64,000 nucleotides of DNA from an uncultured candidate division Zixibacteria bacterium (GCA_963664195.1 OY760907.1:2784001-2848000), one strand, 5' to 3'; shown: positions 21,001 through 29,606, numbered from the stretch's first letter. Made by a program: numbers and translations. Notes: generated by a model from the sequence alone, not told the origin.

Positions 21001-21683
21001 AATATCTCCCAGTCCTTGATCGCGTCGGTGAGATGCTTGTAGCGCTCGGCTTTCTTGTGTTGGCGGTACAGCGAGTTCACTCGCGTTTTGATCTCCGCGT
21101 ACACGTCCTTGAGCCGAAGGAAGTCGTTTTCGGTGGCTTCCAGTTTTCTCAGGGCCGCCTTGCGACGTTGCTTGTACTTCGTGATTCCCGCGGCTTCCTC
21201 AAACAGGAAACGACGTTCCTCGGCCTTGTCGGAGATGACAGCGTCGATCATGTGCTGCTGAATGACCGAATACGAGTGCGCCCCCATGCCGGTGTCGGCG
21301 AACAGGTCGATGATGTCTTTCAGGCGGCAGGGGACCTTGTTGATCATGTATTCCGAGTCACCGCTGCGGAACAGGCGTCGAGTGATCTGGATTTCGTGGT
21401 ACTCGGTGGCCAGCACGCCGCGGTCGTTGACGACCGTCAGGGTGACCTCGGACATGCCCAGCGGTTTCAATTCGCCGGTGCCGTTGAATATCACCTCTTC
21501 CATTTTGCCGCCGCGCAGCATGGTCGGTTTCTGTTCGCCCAGCACCCAGCGAAGGGCATCCAGTACGTTTGTCTTGCCGCATCCGTTGGGGCCGACGATA
21601 GCCGTCACGCCCTCGGTGAACTTTATCAGGGTCTTATTGGGGAAGGACTTGAAACCCAGAATTTCAATCTGTTTGAGATGCAC
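18003..21683 (-). CDS. smc: Chromosome segregation protein SMC
   Basis: GFKSF, GPNGCGKTN, long coiled coils with hinge, LSGGE, LDEIDAPLD; GTG start. Confidence 0.97.
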   Translation of the reverse strand: MHLKQIEILGFKSFPNKTLIKFTEGVTAIVGPNGCGKTNVLDALRWVLGEQKPTMLRGGKMEEVIFNGTGELKPLGMSEVTLTVVNDRGVLATEYHEIQITRRLFRSGDSEYMINKVPCRLKDIIDLFADTGMGAHSYSVIQQHMIDAVISDKAEERRFLFEEAAGITKYKQRRKAALRKLEATENDFLRLKDVYAEIKTRVNSLYRQHKKAERYKHLTDAIKDWEIFIGSRRVKTLQREKRDLRATFDGLSDQKSGRQTSLDKAYAQLEVDRRELVGLERQLTEINGEIYSITETAHQTEREISVLNEKKANARHLIERNTTDLEALDKRADALKEQSRLAEEELARQKEEERKLGTALAEAQAMQTKADEQLLAGRLVKEDETKKLVELEGRLSSGMTEENNLREQQSELSATIADFERQIQENLPKQKAIVSEIEELRAQLNGKTTQRNQKDNRQTELVAEMEERVESGEELSLELSNLTASIEACQARRNLLEEMILQFEGYESGVVAAMEVKDRWPGVAGTVADMFVPVEGMETVLEAALGDVARYLICYDRSEAKRVIEYLKAESKGKAGILVPSSGTISPAVKRPEIDIPGVVGWLDKFVTTDEPLKPLKDSVLSRTLVFEAGTQTDAILERLPYGFSAVSTDGVLYGGNFVSGGSDDRFPLFRRKEKVAEQESMISEFQNKLEFAQEQKNQNTAKLGALRAESGQLNNELDSLGEEIDVLQGKLGECEFGSRSLSAEFERLQKEKQNLSMRLESIRDRQYSLGLDANQLASQKENLVRDMSQSGTRLEDLERAAAEAADRVSRSQVSLIEARSFAQQTESQISHIREISNDIRQTSDSKSEEIDQAQEDIVNSDETIERLEGLLRQSFEDRDSKTARQEKLREVQAELSERTSTQEEEAKRLRSEKDTVADELHKAEIRLTAIESEIVSLVENVREDHEIDLTVLEEPARPEEQIADEQIGEHVHELKERVKKIGAVNLLALEEYEVAAEREKFLNEQLTDLSTAKNDLKNTINKINHTARDLFNETFAKVQENFRQLFVELFKGGEAAISLVDPDDPLESDIDIIARPGGKKLLPITILSGGERALTSIALLFSLYLVKPSPFCILDEIDAPLDDANCHRFLTIIRNFSRRTQFIIITHNKITMQTSNNLYGVTMERPGVSKLVAVKFAEGTEDGNGSGDLIEIDKVEEEELSDELPASIQGRINPDVAVTPKDTEE

Positions 21684-21698
21684 GCGCCCTCCAAGGCT

Positions 21699-22277
21699 CT
21701 ATTGGGGCTTTGCTGACGAGTGACCGTTGGACGGCCGCTGCAGAAGTGCCCCGAGTGTATCCAGAAGTGATCGGTAAATGTTGCGTTCGTCGCGGAGATA
21801 CTTGGTTTTGATCTCCACGTTATAGTACGGTTCTCCAAGATGATTCCCACGTCCGATGCGAACCGCACGCGGAAAACTCAGGAGAATGGCGGAAGTAAAA
21901 TTGGATGCTTCGATGCTCAGATCAAGAATCATATCGAATTTCTGATCCGAAAGATGCTGTACGTAGTTCTTCTTGGGCAGTCCCGACCAGGTGAGCTGGT
22001 CCATCGAGGGCGTCAGTATCTGGAATCCCTTGCGGGGATAGATGTCGTGTACTTTCACTCCCGGCATGGACAGGAGTGTCACGTCGGCCGGTTTGAACAT
22101 GTCGCGAATGGTCGGCAGAAACTGTTTTACTAGGGTCAACTCGCGGAGTCCCTCGGGCAGGCACACCATTATGTGTCTGGGTTTCAGCAGGTCGCCGGGG
22201 AAGGAGAACTCGACCGTGTCGATGTTCTTCCGAAGGCGTCCGACCTGCCAGGTCGCGAGTATGCTCCTAAAGCCCAT
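21699..22277 (-). CDS. Hypothetical protein resembling a GT9 (heptosyltransferase-like) N-terminal lobe
   Basis: ATG 22277 overlaps the rodZ stop; KFDMILDLS...RIG motif. Lies inside the operon. Confidence 0.6.
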   Translation of the reverse strand: MGFRSILATWQVGRLRKNIDTVEFSFPGDLLKPRHIMVCLPEGLRELTLVKQFLPTIRDMFKPADVTLLSMPGVKVHDIYPRKGFQILTPSMDQLTWSGLPKKNYVQHLSDQKFDMILDLSIEASNFTSAILLSFPRAVRIGRGNHLGEPYYNVEIKTKYLRDERNIYRSLLDTLGALLQRPSNGHSSAKPQ

Positions 22278-23226
22278 TGTTCTCCGTGGCCTGGTCTGTC
22301 GTGTCAGGCGCCGAGGTGGCCGGTACAGTCGGCTCTCCGGGAGCGGTGCGAGTCCGCGGACGGGCCGGCGGCGTGCCAAAATCTTTCTTGTTGATCTGGT
22401 TTATCTCTACCCTCGAGATACGTCCGCTGGTCGTGTTGGCGAGGAAAACCGGTTGGCCGTCGAGCGTAATATCAACCACACGCGGCACGCCGATCGAAAT
22501 CAGCAGCCGGTGTTTGGCACTGACCGTGTACTGCCGGAGAGGAGTCAGATTCTGGTAAATGGCCGTGTCTCCATCGGCAAGGATGGTGGCCCAACTCTGG
22601 TCACGAGCGACCACCTTCAATTGAAGGCTGTCGCGGGCGATTTCCGGTGCGCCGGTCCAGGTGTAGCCGGCGACCTGTTCCTCAACAATCTCCGCAGCCG
22701 TACGTGCCGGCGAGACGACTTCTCCTGTTTGTCCGGAATCGGTCGCCTCCCGTGTGTCCGATCTACCAAACCAGAACTTGAACCCGAGGAAGAATATGAC
22801 GAACACGACAATGACTGAGCCGCCAATAATGATCAGCTTGCGGCCGAATCCGTTTTCGTCCTCGGTCTCCTGCTCGATCTCAGATTCTTCGTCATCTTCG
22901 GCCGGCTTTGCAGGTTTCTTGCTCTTTCGTTTCTTCGGTTCCTTTAGTGCCTTCGGCTCAGCGTCCTGATTTTCCTCCAGTTCGCCGAGATCTTCGCGGA
23001 TGGCATCTATCGTCTTGGCGTAATCAATCCCAAGACGTTCGGCGTACGATTTGGAAAAGAGGTTGTAATACAGTTCCGAAGGCAGGTCAGCGGCGTTGCC
23101 GGCTTCTATGGCCTCGAGATTGACTTCCGAAATCTTCAGTTCTTCGGAGAGATCGCTGATCGAGATGCTCTGACGCTCTCGTTCCAGTTGCAGAAGCTTT
23201 CCGAGTTTTTCGTGCAGTTCGCTCAT
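22267..23226 (-). CDS. rodZ: RodZ-like cytoskeletal protein (HTH-TM-DUF4115)
   Basis: N-terminal HTH (LEAIEAG...LP...F.KSYAERLGID), one TM, C-terminal SWATILADG...IGVP. Confidence 0.8.
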   Translation of the reverse strand: MSELHEKLGKLLQLERERQSISISDLSEELKISEVNLEAIEAGNAADLPSELYYNLFSKSYAERLGIDYAKTIDAIREDLGELEENQDAEPKALKEPKKRKSKKPAKPAEDDEESEIEQETEDENGFGRKLIIIGGSVIVVFVIFFLGFKFWFGRSDTREATDSGQTGEVVSPARTAAEIVEEQVAGYTWTGAPEIARDSLQLKVVARDQSWATILADGDTAIYQNLTPLRQYTVSAKHRLLISIGVPRVVDITLDGQPVFLANTTSGRISRVEINQINKKDFGTPPARPRTRTAPGEPTVPATSAPDTTDQATENNGL

Positions 23227-23852
23227 TCGCAGTCACTTACATGCTTGAGTTTGTCGAGTGCGTCCCCGGCCAAGCGGTTTAGCAGGTTGCGAGGTAACCC
23301 TATCACATTATCCAGATTTCCCTCTATACTGTCAACCAAAAAAGCCCCCATTCCCTGTATACCGTAGGCTCCTGCCTTGTCCATTGGCTCGCGGCTGGCG
23401 ATGTATCTACGTATCTGGTCGTCTGTCACTTCGTTGAAAACGACGGTCGTTTTCTCCACCCCCGATGACAGGCAGATACCGGAATTGACCAGCGCGAGGG
23501 CCGTGCCGACTACGTGCGTGTGACCGGACAGACTTCTCAAGATGTCAAACGCATTCTGCTCGTCTGTCGGTTTGCCGAGAATGCGCTTGTCAAGTACGAC
23601 CACCGTATCACCGCCAAGCACAAGTTCGCTGCCGTTCGTACTCTGTTCTGCCACTGCCTTTGCCTTGTCCTCGGCCATGCGGATAGCGAAAGCGAACGGA
23701 TCTTCATTCGGCAGAGCGTCCTCTTCAATATCAGAGACAGACTGTCTGAACTCTATCCCGATTTCGGCCAGCAGCCGTTTGCGCCGGGGAGAGCGTGAGC
23801 CGAGCACCAGGGGGTGCAGGCCGGCGAGTGTTGTGAGAGCATCATACGTCAT
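23223..23852 (-). CDS. maf: Maf family nucleotide pyrophosphatase
   Basis: LGSRSPRR, GGDTVV...ILGKP, DKAGAYGIQ, NVIGLP. Confidence 0.95.
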   Translation of the reverse strand: MTYDALTTLAGLHPLVLGSRSPRRKRLLAEIGIEFRQSVSDIEEDALPNEDPFAFAIRMAEDKAKAVAEQSTNGSELVLGGDTVVVLDKRILGKPTDEQNAFDILRSLSGHTHVVGTALALVNSGICLSSGVEKTTVVFNEVTDDQIRRYIASREPMDKAGAYGIQGMGAFLVDSIEGNLDNVIGLPRNLLNRLAGDALDKLKHVSDCE

Positions 23853-24285
23853 GGTCAAGTATTATTGTAACCGGTCCTTTGTTGTTAAACCTGACGTCCA
23901 TCGAGGCGCCGAATATCCCACTGGAGGTCTTTAGTTCGCTGGCCGCAACGAGTTCGACGAAGCGATTGTACAGTCGCTCAGCCTCCACCGGCTCAAGCGC
24001 CTCGGAGAAGCCCGGGCGACGACCCTTGCGGGTGTCGGCGTACAGGGTGAACTGCGAGACTATCATGATCTCAGCATTGGTGTCGAGAGCCGACAGGTTC
24101 AGCTTGCCGCCCCGGTCTTCGAATATCCGCAGGTTGACCGCTTTGTCGGCAAGGTAGCCGCAAGAGTCCTCTGTGTCGCCTGTGCGGGTTCCGAAGAGAA
24201 TCAGCAGCCCCTGGCCGGTCCGGCTGTGCAGAGCGCCGTCGATCCAGACCTCGACGCCCGATGTCCGTTGCAGTATCAGTCGCAT
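23842..24285 (-). CDS. dtd: D-aminoacyl-tRNA deacylase
   Basis: MRLILQR, LRIFED, VSQFTL, KGRRPGF, GPVT. Confidence 0.95.
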   Translation of the reverse strand: MRLILQRTSGVEVWIDGALHSRTGQGLLILFGTRTGDTEDSCGYLADKAVNLRIFEDRGGKLNLSALDTNAEIMIVSQFTLYADTRKGRRPGFSEALEPVEAERLYNRFVELVAASELKTSSGIFGASMDVRFNNKGPVTIILDHDV

Positions 24286-24581
24286 ATCCCTGTTCCTGTT
24301 TGAGCGGGGAATATAAGCACTGGCGGGGATTCTACCAAGCGCAACGGTGGAAATTGTGTCCCCTTTCGCATGTTAATCGAGGAAGATGCCCGGTTGTGGA
24401 TCCCAATCCCTTTTTCTGCTTGATGGATGACCCGGGATAGGAGTATATTGCTGGCTGCTATCTGATTGCTCCTGAACGGAAGTCGGAGAACCTCGCTGAA
24501 ACCGCGCCTCGTGGAACCCTCGGCTGTTTTCCTTGTTAGAGCATGACAGAAGAGTACATGAACCATTGTGGAGGTACACTA

Positions 24582-24908
24582 ATGAGCAAACCGGTTCAGA
24601 TAACCGATGATTCGTTTGAAACCGAAGTTCTACAGTCTGATAAGCCCGTTGTAGTGGATTTCTGGGCGACGTGGTGTGGTCCGTGCAAGATGATTGCGCC
24701 GATCCTTGAGGAAGTTGCCGCTGAGATGAGTGAAAAGGTCAAGATTACGAAACTGGACGTTGACTCGAACAGTGTGACAGCCGGAAAGTATAACATTATG
24801 TCGATTCCCTCTTTGCTTTTCTTCAAGAACGGTGAAGTGGTCGACCAGGTTGTCGGGGCTATCCCGAAAGCCCAACTGGTAGCCCGGTTGGAAAAAGTCC
24901 TGGCCTAG
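24582..24908 (+). CDS. trxA: Thioredoxin
   Basis: DFWATWCGPCK, SIPSL; GGAGG RBS before ATG 24582. Confidence 0.97.
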   Translation: MSKPVQITDDSFETEVLQSDKPVVVDFWATWCGPCKMIAPILEEVAAEMSEKVKITKLDVDSNSVTAGKYNIMSIPSLLFFKNGEVVDQVVGAIPKAQLVARLEKVLA

Positions 24909-24926
24909 ACGAATTCGCAGGATATC

Positions 24927-24961
24927 GGGCCGGACGGGGATTGCCTCGTCCGGCCCCTTTT
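24927..24961 (+). terminator. Hairpin/terminator after trxA (short U tract, possibly leaky)
   Basis: GGGCCGGACGGGG/CCTCGTCCGGCCC followed by CTTTT. Confidence 0.6.
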
Positions 24962-24994
24962 ATGGGAAAGTAGATACAAGGAAGCGTTGTCGAC

Positions 24995-25189
24995 ATGACA
25001 TGGCAGGACATCCTCTGGCTCGGCTTCTTCGTGGTCGTCTGGTACGTGTTGGTGGCAAAGGTGCTGCCGCGGTTGGGCATTGGGTCGTGAATGAGCCCGC
25101 AGTGCAGTCTCCCGGCGGGAGATCACAACCACCCTGATGCCCCCGAAGACGACAAGAAAGCAGATGGCAAGCGGCTATCCGATCTTTAG
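24995..25189 (+). CDS. Candidate small single-TM selenoprotein (Sec at codon 32, U-x4-C)
   Basis: Hand translation MTWQDILWLGFFVVVWYVLVAKVLPRLGIGS-[TGA 25088-25090]-MSPQCSLPAGDHNHPDAPEDDKKADGKRLSDL-TAG. AAGGAAG RBS upstream and a SECIS-like hairpin downstream of the TGA. Confidence 0.65.
25102..25126 (+). promoter_or_regulatory. Putative bacterial SECIS element
   Basis: GTG..TCTCCC-GGC-GGGAGA.CAC. The apical loop starts with G and lies 23 nt after the UGA. Confidence 0.55.
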
Positions 25190-25222
25190 AACTGTCCGGA
25201 CATTGCCGATACTGTAATAGAT

Positions 25223-26065
25223 ATGAGGTTTTACCAGCAACAGGGACCTTCCTCAGGTCGAAGGATGTCTTTCGGACCGGGAAGACTATCGCCGTTCATT
25301 AAGTGGATGCTGATAGTCAATGGCGGCATGTACGTGCTGCAGTTGATCATGCCCGCGCTAACAAGCCAATTGGGGCTGACTCCGGCGCGGTTTTTCAGTG
25401 AATTCCCCAATCGAATCTACCAGTTGTTCACGTACATGTTCCTCCATTCGCCGGGATCACCCTGGCATCTGCTGTTCAATATGTTTGCGCTCTGGATGTT
25501 TGGCACTGAGATTGAGTACACCTGGGGGACCAAACGGTTTGCCCGTTTTTATGTTATCGCCGGTCTGGCCGGTGCGGTCTTGACCTTGATAGTGTATCCG
25601 GGACAGCCAATCCCGATGATCGGTGCCTCGGCCGCCATCTACGGTTTGCTGGTGGCATACTGGTTTATGTTCCCGCAGCGGATGTTGTACTTCTGGGGCA
25701 TATTCCCGATCAGAGTGAAATGGGCGATTCCAGGGGTTATGTTGCTTGGATTCCTTTTTGGCGGTGCGTCAGTTGCTCATATGGCGCACCTTGGCGGCGC
25801 TGCATACGGCGTGGTGTATATGAAGTCGAAATGGCCGCTGTTTTCCTGGGGGCGGAAGTTTAAAAGCTTGCGCGCCAAGAGACAAGAGGCTAAGCTGGAC
25901 AAGAGACGTCACGAGGCTGCCAACGTTATGAAGCGGGTCGATGCGATTCTGGACAAGATCAATGAGGTCGGAATCGAGAACATAAGTAAAGCAGATCGTA
26001 AATTCCTCGAAGAAGCCTCCTCGGAAATGTCTCGAGACGGCAAAAACTCTCAAAACAGTCGGTAG
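25223..26065 (+). CDS. Rhomboid intramembrane serine protease with DUF6576-like C-terminal tail
   Basis: HLLFNM, GASAA (catalytic Ser), AHLGG (His); C-terminal VDAILDKINEVG. Confidence 0.93.
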   Translation: MRFYQQQGPSSGRRMSFGPGRLSPFIKWMLIVNGGMYVLQLIMPALTSQLGLTPARFFSEFPNRIYQLFTYMFLHSPGSPWHLLFNMFALWMFGTEIEYTWGTKRFARFYVIAGLAGAVLTLIVYPGQPIPMIGASAAIYGLLVAYWFMFPQRMLYFWGIFPIRVKWAIPGVMLLGFLFGGASVAHMAHLGGAAYGVVYMKSKWPLFSWGRKFKSLRAKRQEAKLDKRRHEAANVMKRVDAILDKINEVGIENISKADRKFLEEASSEMSRDGKNSQNSR

Positions 26066-26069
26066 GTAT

Positions 26070-27314
26070 ATGCGCAGGAAAATCCTTGTAGTTGAAGCAA
26101 CCGACACGGTCAGGGCAATCGCCGAAACCGTTCTGCGTCAGAACGGCTATGAGGTGATAGCGGTATCTGAACCGGATCGCGCCCAGGAAGTCCTCGAGTT
26201 TTCGAGGCCCGACCTGGTAGTGATCAGTGCCGATGTTCGTGCCGCCAACGGGCTTCCATACTACGAGAAAGTCAGACAGGATGCAGTGTCTGCCACCATT
26301 CCGATGCTGTTGTTTGAACCGGCCGACAAGTCGGCGCTTGATTTCCCCGAAGAAGTCATTATCCCGCAGCCATTTGACCCCAGGGATTTCCTTGCTCGCG
26401 TGGGCGTGTTTATCGGCCAGGGTGATGCAAAACCGGCTGCCGCCTCCGCTGACAACCCGTTGAGCAGTTCGCCGGTCGATGATGAATTTCTTGATGCCGC
26501 ACTCGGGCTGGACCGGATCGATGTCACCGAGTCTGAAGTAATGGACAATACGGTGATTAGAGCGAAAAAGGTTGCGGTGGGTTCGGGCAACAACTCGACC
26601 GGGCTGTCCTCCGAGTCTCAAGGCAACGATTCTCTCTCTGACTCCTCGAAAGTCGAATCGCTCATGATTCAAGACGATACCAGCCAGATTCGCCACAAGA
26701 AGCAGGTTAAAAGGGCCCAGCCAAAGATTGAAGGCACGGGTAAGCTGGAGATTCTCGACGATCAGTTCGGTATGAACGAAGCAGAAATCGCTTTCGACGA
26801 GCCGGAAGATCAGGTCCACGACTACGACTGGTTTGTCCAGAGTATGCAGACGGACAAAGAGGCTCCGGCGAAACCGACATCACCACCTGTTGAGAAGCCC
26901 CGCCACGATGAGGTGGACACCTTGACGTTCGATGAGCCGTCGGCTGCTGTCGATCCGATTACACCGCCGCCGTCGCAACCTGCGCAGCCGCAGGCTGGCG
27001 ATCAACAAGGGGCGGGCGTCGAGAAGTTCATTGATGAGTTCAAGAAAGAGATTGAGCAACTTCGCGACGGCGAGACAGACTCTCTCGAAATGGCAGTCAG
27101 ACGGTCGGCATCAGAGACACATTCCGGTGACGACATTGCCTGGGACGAAGAGCTTGAGGATATCACACCCAGGCAATTGCGACTCTTCACACAGGCATTC
27201 GCAGAAGAACTCGGACATAAGATTGCCCAGATGGTCATCGAAAAGATCGATGCCGACAAACTTCTACATCTCCTCAAAACCGAGATACTCAAGCGCCGCG
27301 ACCAGTCGTCCTGA
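26070..27314 (+). CDS. Atypical receiver-domain protein with long acidic/Pro-rich tail
   Basis: N-terminal CheY-like fold (KILVVE...RPDLVVIS...PFDP), low-complexity linker, helical C-terminus. Confidence 0.75.
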   Translation: MRRKILVVEATDTVRAIAETVLRQNGYEVIAVSEPDRAQEVLEFSRPDLVVISADVRAANGLPYYEKVRQDAVSATIPMLLFEPADKSALDFPEEVIIPQPFDPRDFLARVGVFIGQGDAKPAAASADNPLSSSPVDDEFLDAALGLDRIDVTESEVMDNTVIRAKKVAVGSGNNSTGLSSESQGNDSLSDSSKVESLMIQDDTSQIRHKKQVKRAQPKIEGTGKLEILDDQFGMNEAEIAFDEPEDQVHDYDWFVQSMQTDKEAPAKPTSPPVEKPRHDEVDTLTFDEPSAAVDPITPPPSQPAQPQAGDQQGAGVEKFIDEFKKEIEQLRDGETDSLEMAVRRSASETHSGDDIAWDEELEDITPRQLRLFTQAFAEELGHKIAQMVIEKIDADKLLHLLKTEILKRRDQSS

Positions 27315-27353
27315 CACAGTCAGTCGCCCTGCCACAGTCAGTCGCCCTGCCAC
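27303..27353 (+). repeat. 18-bp tandem repeat, about 2.8 copies
   Basis: CAGTCGTCCTGACACAGT / CAGTCGCCCTGCCACAGT / CAGTCGCCCTGCCAC. Confidence 0.85.
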
Positions 27354-27499
27354 CTCACGCCAAAAACTACTTTTGCCTTGTCCTGTTTTGTGCGATATTA
27401 CGACTTGTGCTTCGCTGGCGGATGCGGATTTCTCCGTTGTCCGAAACCGAGTGTACATAGTGTAACCTGAACATCAGTCGCACAGTTAAGAGGAATATC

Positions 27500-29395
27500 A
27501 TGACGTCTCGACGCTGCTTACGCATTACGGTTTTAGTCCTACTGACAGTCCTTCTGGGAGCATCGCTGACCTTCTCCGATGTCAACCCGTTTGGGTTTGC
27601 GGGGGAAGAGGAAGAGCAACTGGTCGACGTATCAACCGCCTTCTCGACCTCGGCAGCTCAGCCGGGTGAAACCTACACGGCAGCAGTCAAGGTTTCCATT
27701 GTGTCTCCCTGGCACATTAATTCGTCCAAGCCGTATCAAGATTTTCTTATTCCCGCTTCACTCATGTTTGACACTGTTGCAGGCGCCACCCCTCATAGCG
27801 TGGTGTACCCTGACGGAGACGAGGCGAAACTCGGCAAAGAAACCATGTCCGTTTATCACGGTGATGTCACGGTGTTCTTTGACGTGACAATAGACGCCGA
27901 TGCTGAGTCTGGCGAGTATACGATTCCAGTACGATTCGATTGCCAGCCGTGCGATGACAAGTCGTGTGTGGCTCCTCGCACCAAAGAGACAGCCCTCACG
28001 TTTGTGGTGGGCGAAGGCGGCACTCCGATCAACGAAGCCCTATTCAGCGGCGCAACCACAGTGACTCCTGCGGCCGATGCAAATGCCTCAGGCGGAGCAG
28101 AGGCAGACTCCGAGCTGCAGCGGCTGATCGACGAGCACGGCTTCTGGGGATACTTCCTCGCCCTCGGACTGGCTTTCGTGACGGGTTTGGTGCTTTCGTT
28201 CTCGCCGTGTACTTATCCGATGATTCCGATTACTGTGAGTATTTTCGCCGGTCAGGAACGATCGGTCGGGAAGGGCTTCATTATGTCGCTCTTCTATGTC
28301 GGTTCGATGGCGTTTGTGTACGGTCTGATGGGACTGATCGTGTCGCTGGTAGGAGGCGTGTTCGGAGCCTGGTTGGCCAGCCCGCCTGTGGTGATCGGTA
28401 TTGTAGTGGTGTTCGTCATATTCTCGCTTTCGATGTTCGGCCTGTATGAATTGCAGGTCCCGAGTGCGCTTCGCCAGAAGTTGGGTACAACCAAAGGTGG
28501 CGGCGGAATCCTCGGGGCAATCGTCCTCGGTATTGTCGCGGCTCTGGTAGTATCCCCATGTGTGGGACCGTTTGTTGCGGGTATTCTCCTCTATGTTGCT
28601 ACCAGCGGATCGCCCGCTGTTGGTTTCCTTGTTCTGTTTGTCTTTGCGCTTGGACTCGGAACGCTGTTTGTAGTGATCGGCACGTTTTCCTCGGCGATCA
28701 ACTCTCTGCCACGTTCCGGCGAGTGGATGGAAACGGTGAAGAAATTCTTTGGCTTCATCCTTCTGCTCATGGCGATTTATTTTCTTCGCACGCTCGTCTC
28801 AAGCGAGTTGATTGCGATCCTGTTCGGCTTGTTGCTTCTCGCATTTGGCACTTTTGGCGGCGGTCTCGACCGGCTTTCAGGGGAGGCGGGCTTTTTCCCG
28901 CGACTCAAGAAATTCCTGGGCGTCATCTCGCTCATCATCGGTGTGTACTTGTTCGCCGGATCGCTCCTCACGCAGGGACTGATCCTTCCACCAGCCTCAG
29001 AATGGCTGCCTGCCAGCGGGGGAGCTGGCGTTGAGAAGGCCGAGTTGGTTCATTGGGAGACGAACCTGGAAGCGGGATTGGCTCGCGCCAAAGCTGAGGG
29101 CAAACCGGTCTTGATAGACACGTGGGCGACCTGGTGTGCCAACTGCAAAGTGCTGGAAAAGAAAACGTTCGGCAACGAAGGAGTGGCAGCCGAGGCCAAA
29201 CGGTTTGTGCCCATCAAACTCCAGCTTGAGACTGCCGACTCGCCGGTCACGATCGAATTCAAAGAACGGTTCGGCCTGAAGCAGTACTCGCTGCCGACAA
29301 CGCTGCTATTGTACCCGTCTGGTGAAGTGCATCGAATCATGCAGGGAGCGGTCGGTCCCGACGAAATGATTGAGGAGATGCGCCAGGTCAAGTAG
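27500..29395 (+). CDS. dsbD: Thiol:disulfide interchange protein DsbD
   Basis: N-terminal DsbD domain (WHINS, QPCDDKSC), TM domain with SPCTYPMIP and VSPCVGP, C-terminal thioredoxin WCANC. Confidence 0.92.
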   Translation: MTSRRCLRITVLVLLTVLLGASLTFSDVNPFGFAGEEEEQLVDVSTAFSTSAAQPGETYTAAVKVSIVSPWHINSSKPYQDFLIPASLMFDTVAGATPHSVVYPDGDEAKLGKETMSVYHGDVTVFFDVTIDADAESGEYTIPVRFDCQPCDDKSCVAPRTKETALTFVVGEGGTPINEALFSGATTVTPAADANASGGAEADSELQRLIDEHGFWGYFLALGLAFVTGLVLSFSPCTYPMIPITVSIFAGQERSVGKGFIMSLFYVGSMAFVYGLMGLIVSLVGGVFGAWLASPPVVIGIVVVFVIFSLSMFGLYELQVPSALRQKLGTTKGGGGILGAIVLGIVAALVVSPCVGPFVAGILLYVATSGSPAVGFLVLFVFALGLGTLFVVIGTFSSAINSLPRSGEWMETVKKFFGFILLLMAIYFLRTLVSSELIAILFGLLLLAFGTFGGGLDRLSGEAGFFPRLKKFLGVISLIIGVYLFAGSLLTQGLILPPASEWLPASGGAGVEKAELVHWETNLEAGLARAKAEGKPVLIDTWATWCANCKVLEKKTFGNEGVAAEAKRFVPIKLQLETADSPVTIEFKERFGLKQYSLPTTLLLYPSGEVHRIMQGAVGPDEMIEEMRQVK

Positions 29396-29606
29396 GGGAC
29401 TTGTGCTGTGTTATTTGATCTTTGACCTGATTTGTCAATTCACTGTACTGTTTTTGCAGTTTCCCTGGCGACATAAGGTTGCTGGAGTTGTCCGTCTTCC
29501 GGGATTTAATTAACTGGCAAACAGGTACTTAGGGTTTGGCTCCGGCTGATGGAAGCCGATCTGCGCCAGGTATCTACAATACTCCGATTTTTCGTCTCTC
29601 TCCGGC

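Noticed and set aside
24368..24500. Short TGA-interrupted frame upstream of trxA as a second selenoprotein
   Set aside because: Multiple TGAs, no convincing SECIS and no protein-like composition; the region holds promoter motifs.
24859..25132. Minus-strand ORFs (73 and 75 aa) in the trxA-rhomboid gap
   Set aside because: They overlap trxA or its hairpin and have no RBS or motif; the plus-strand TM ORF explains the region better.
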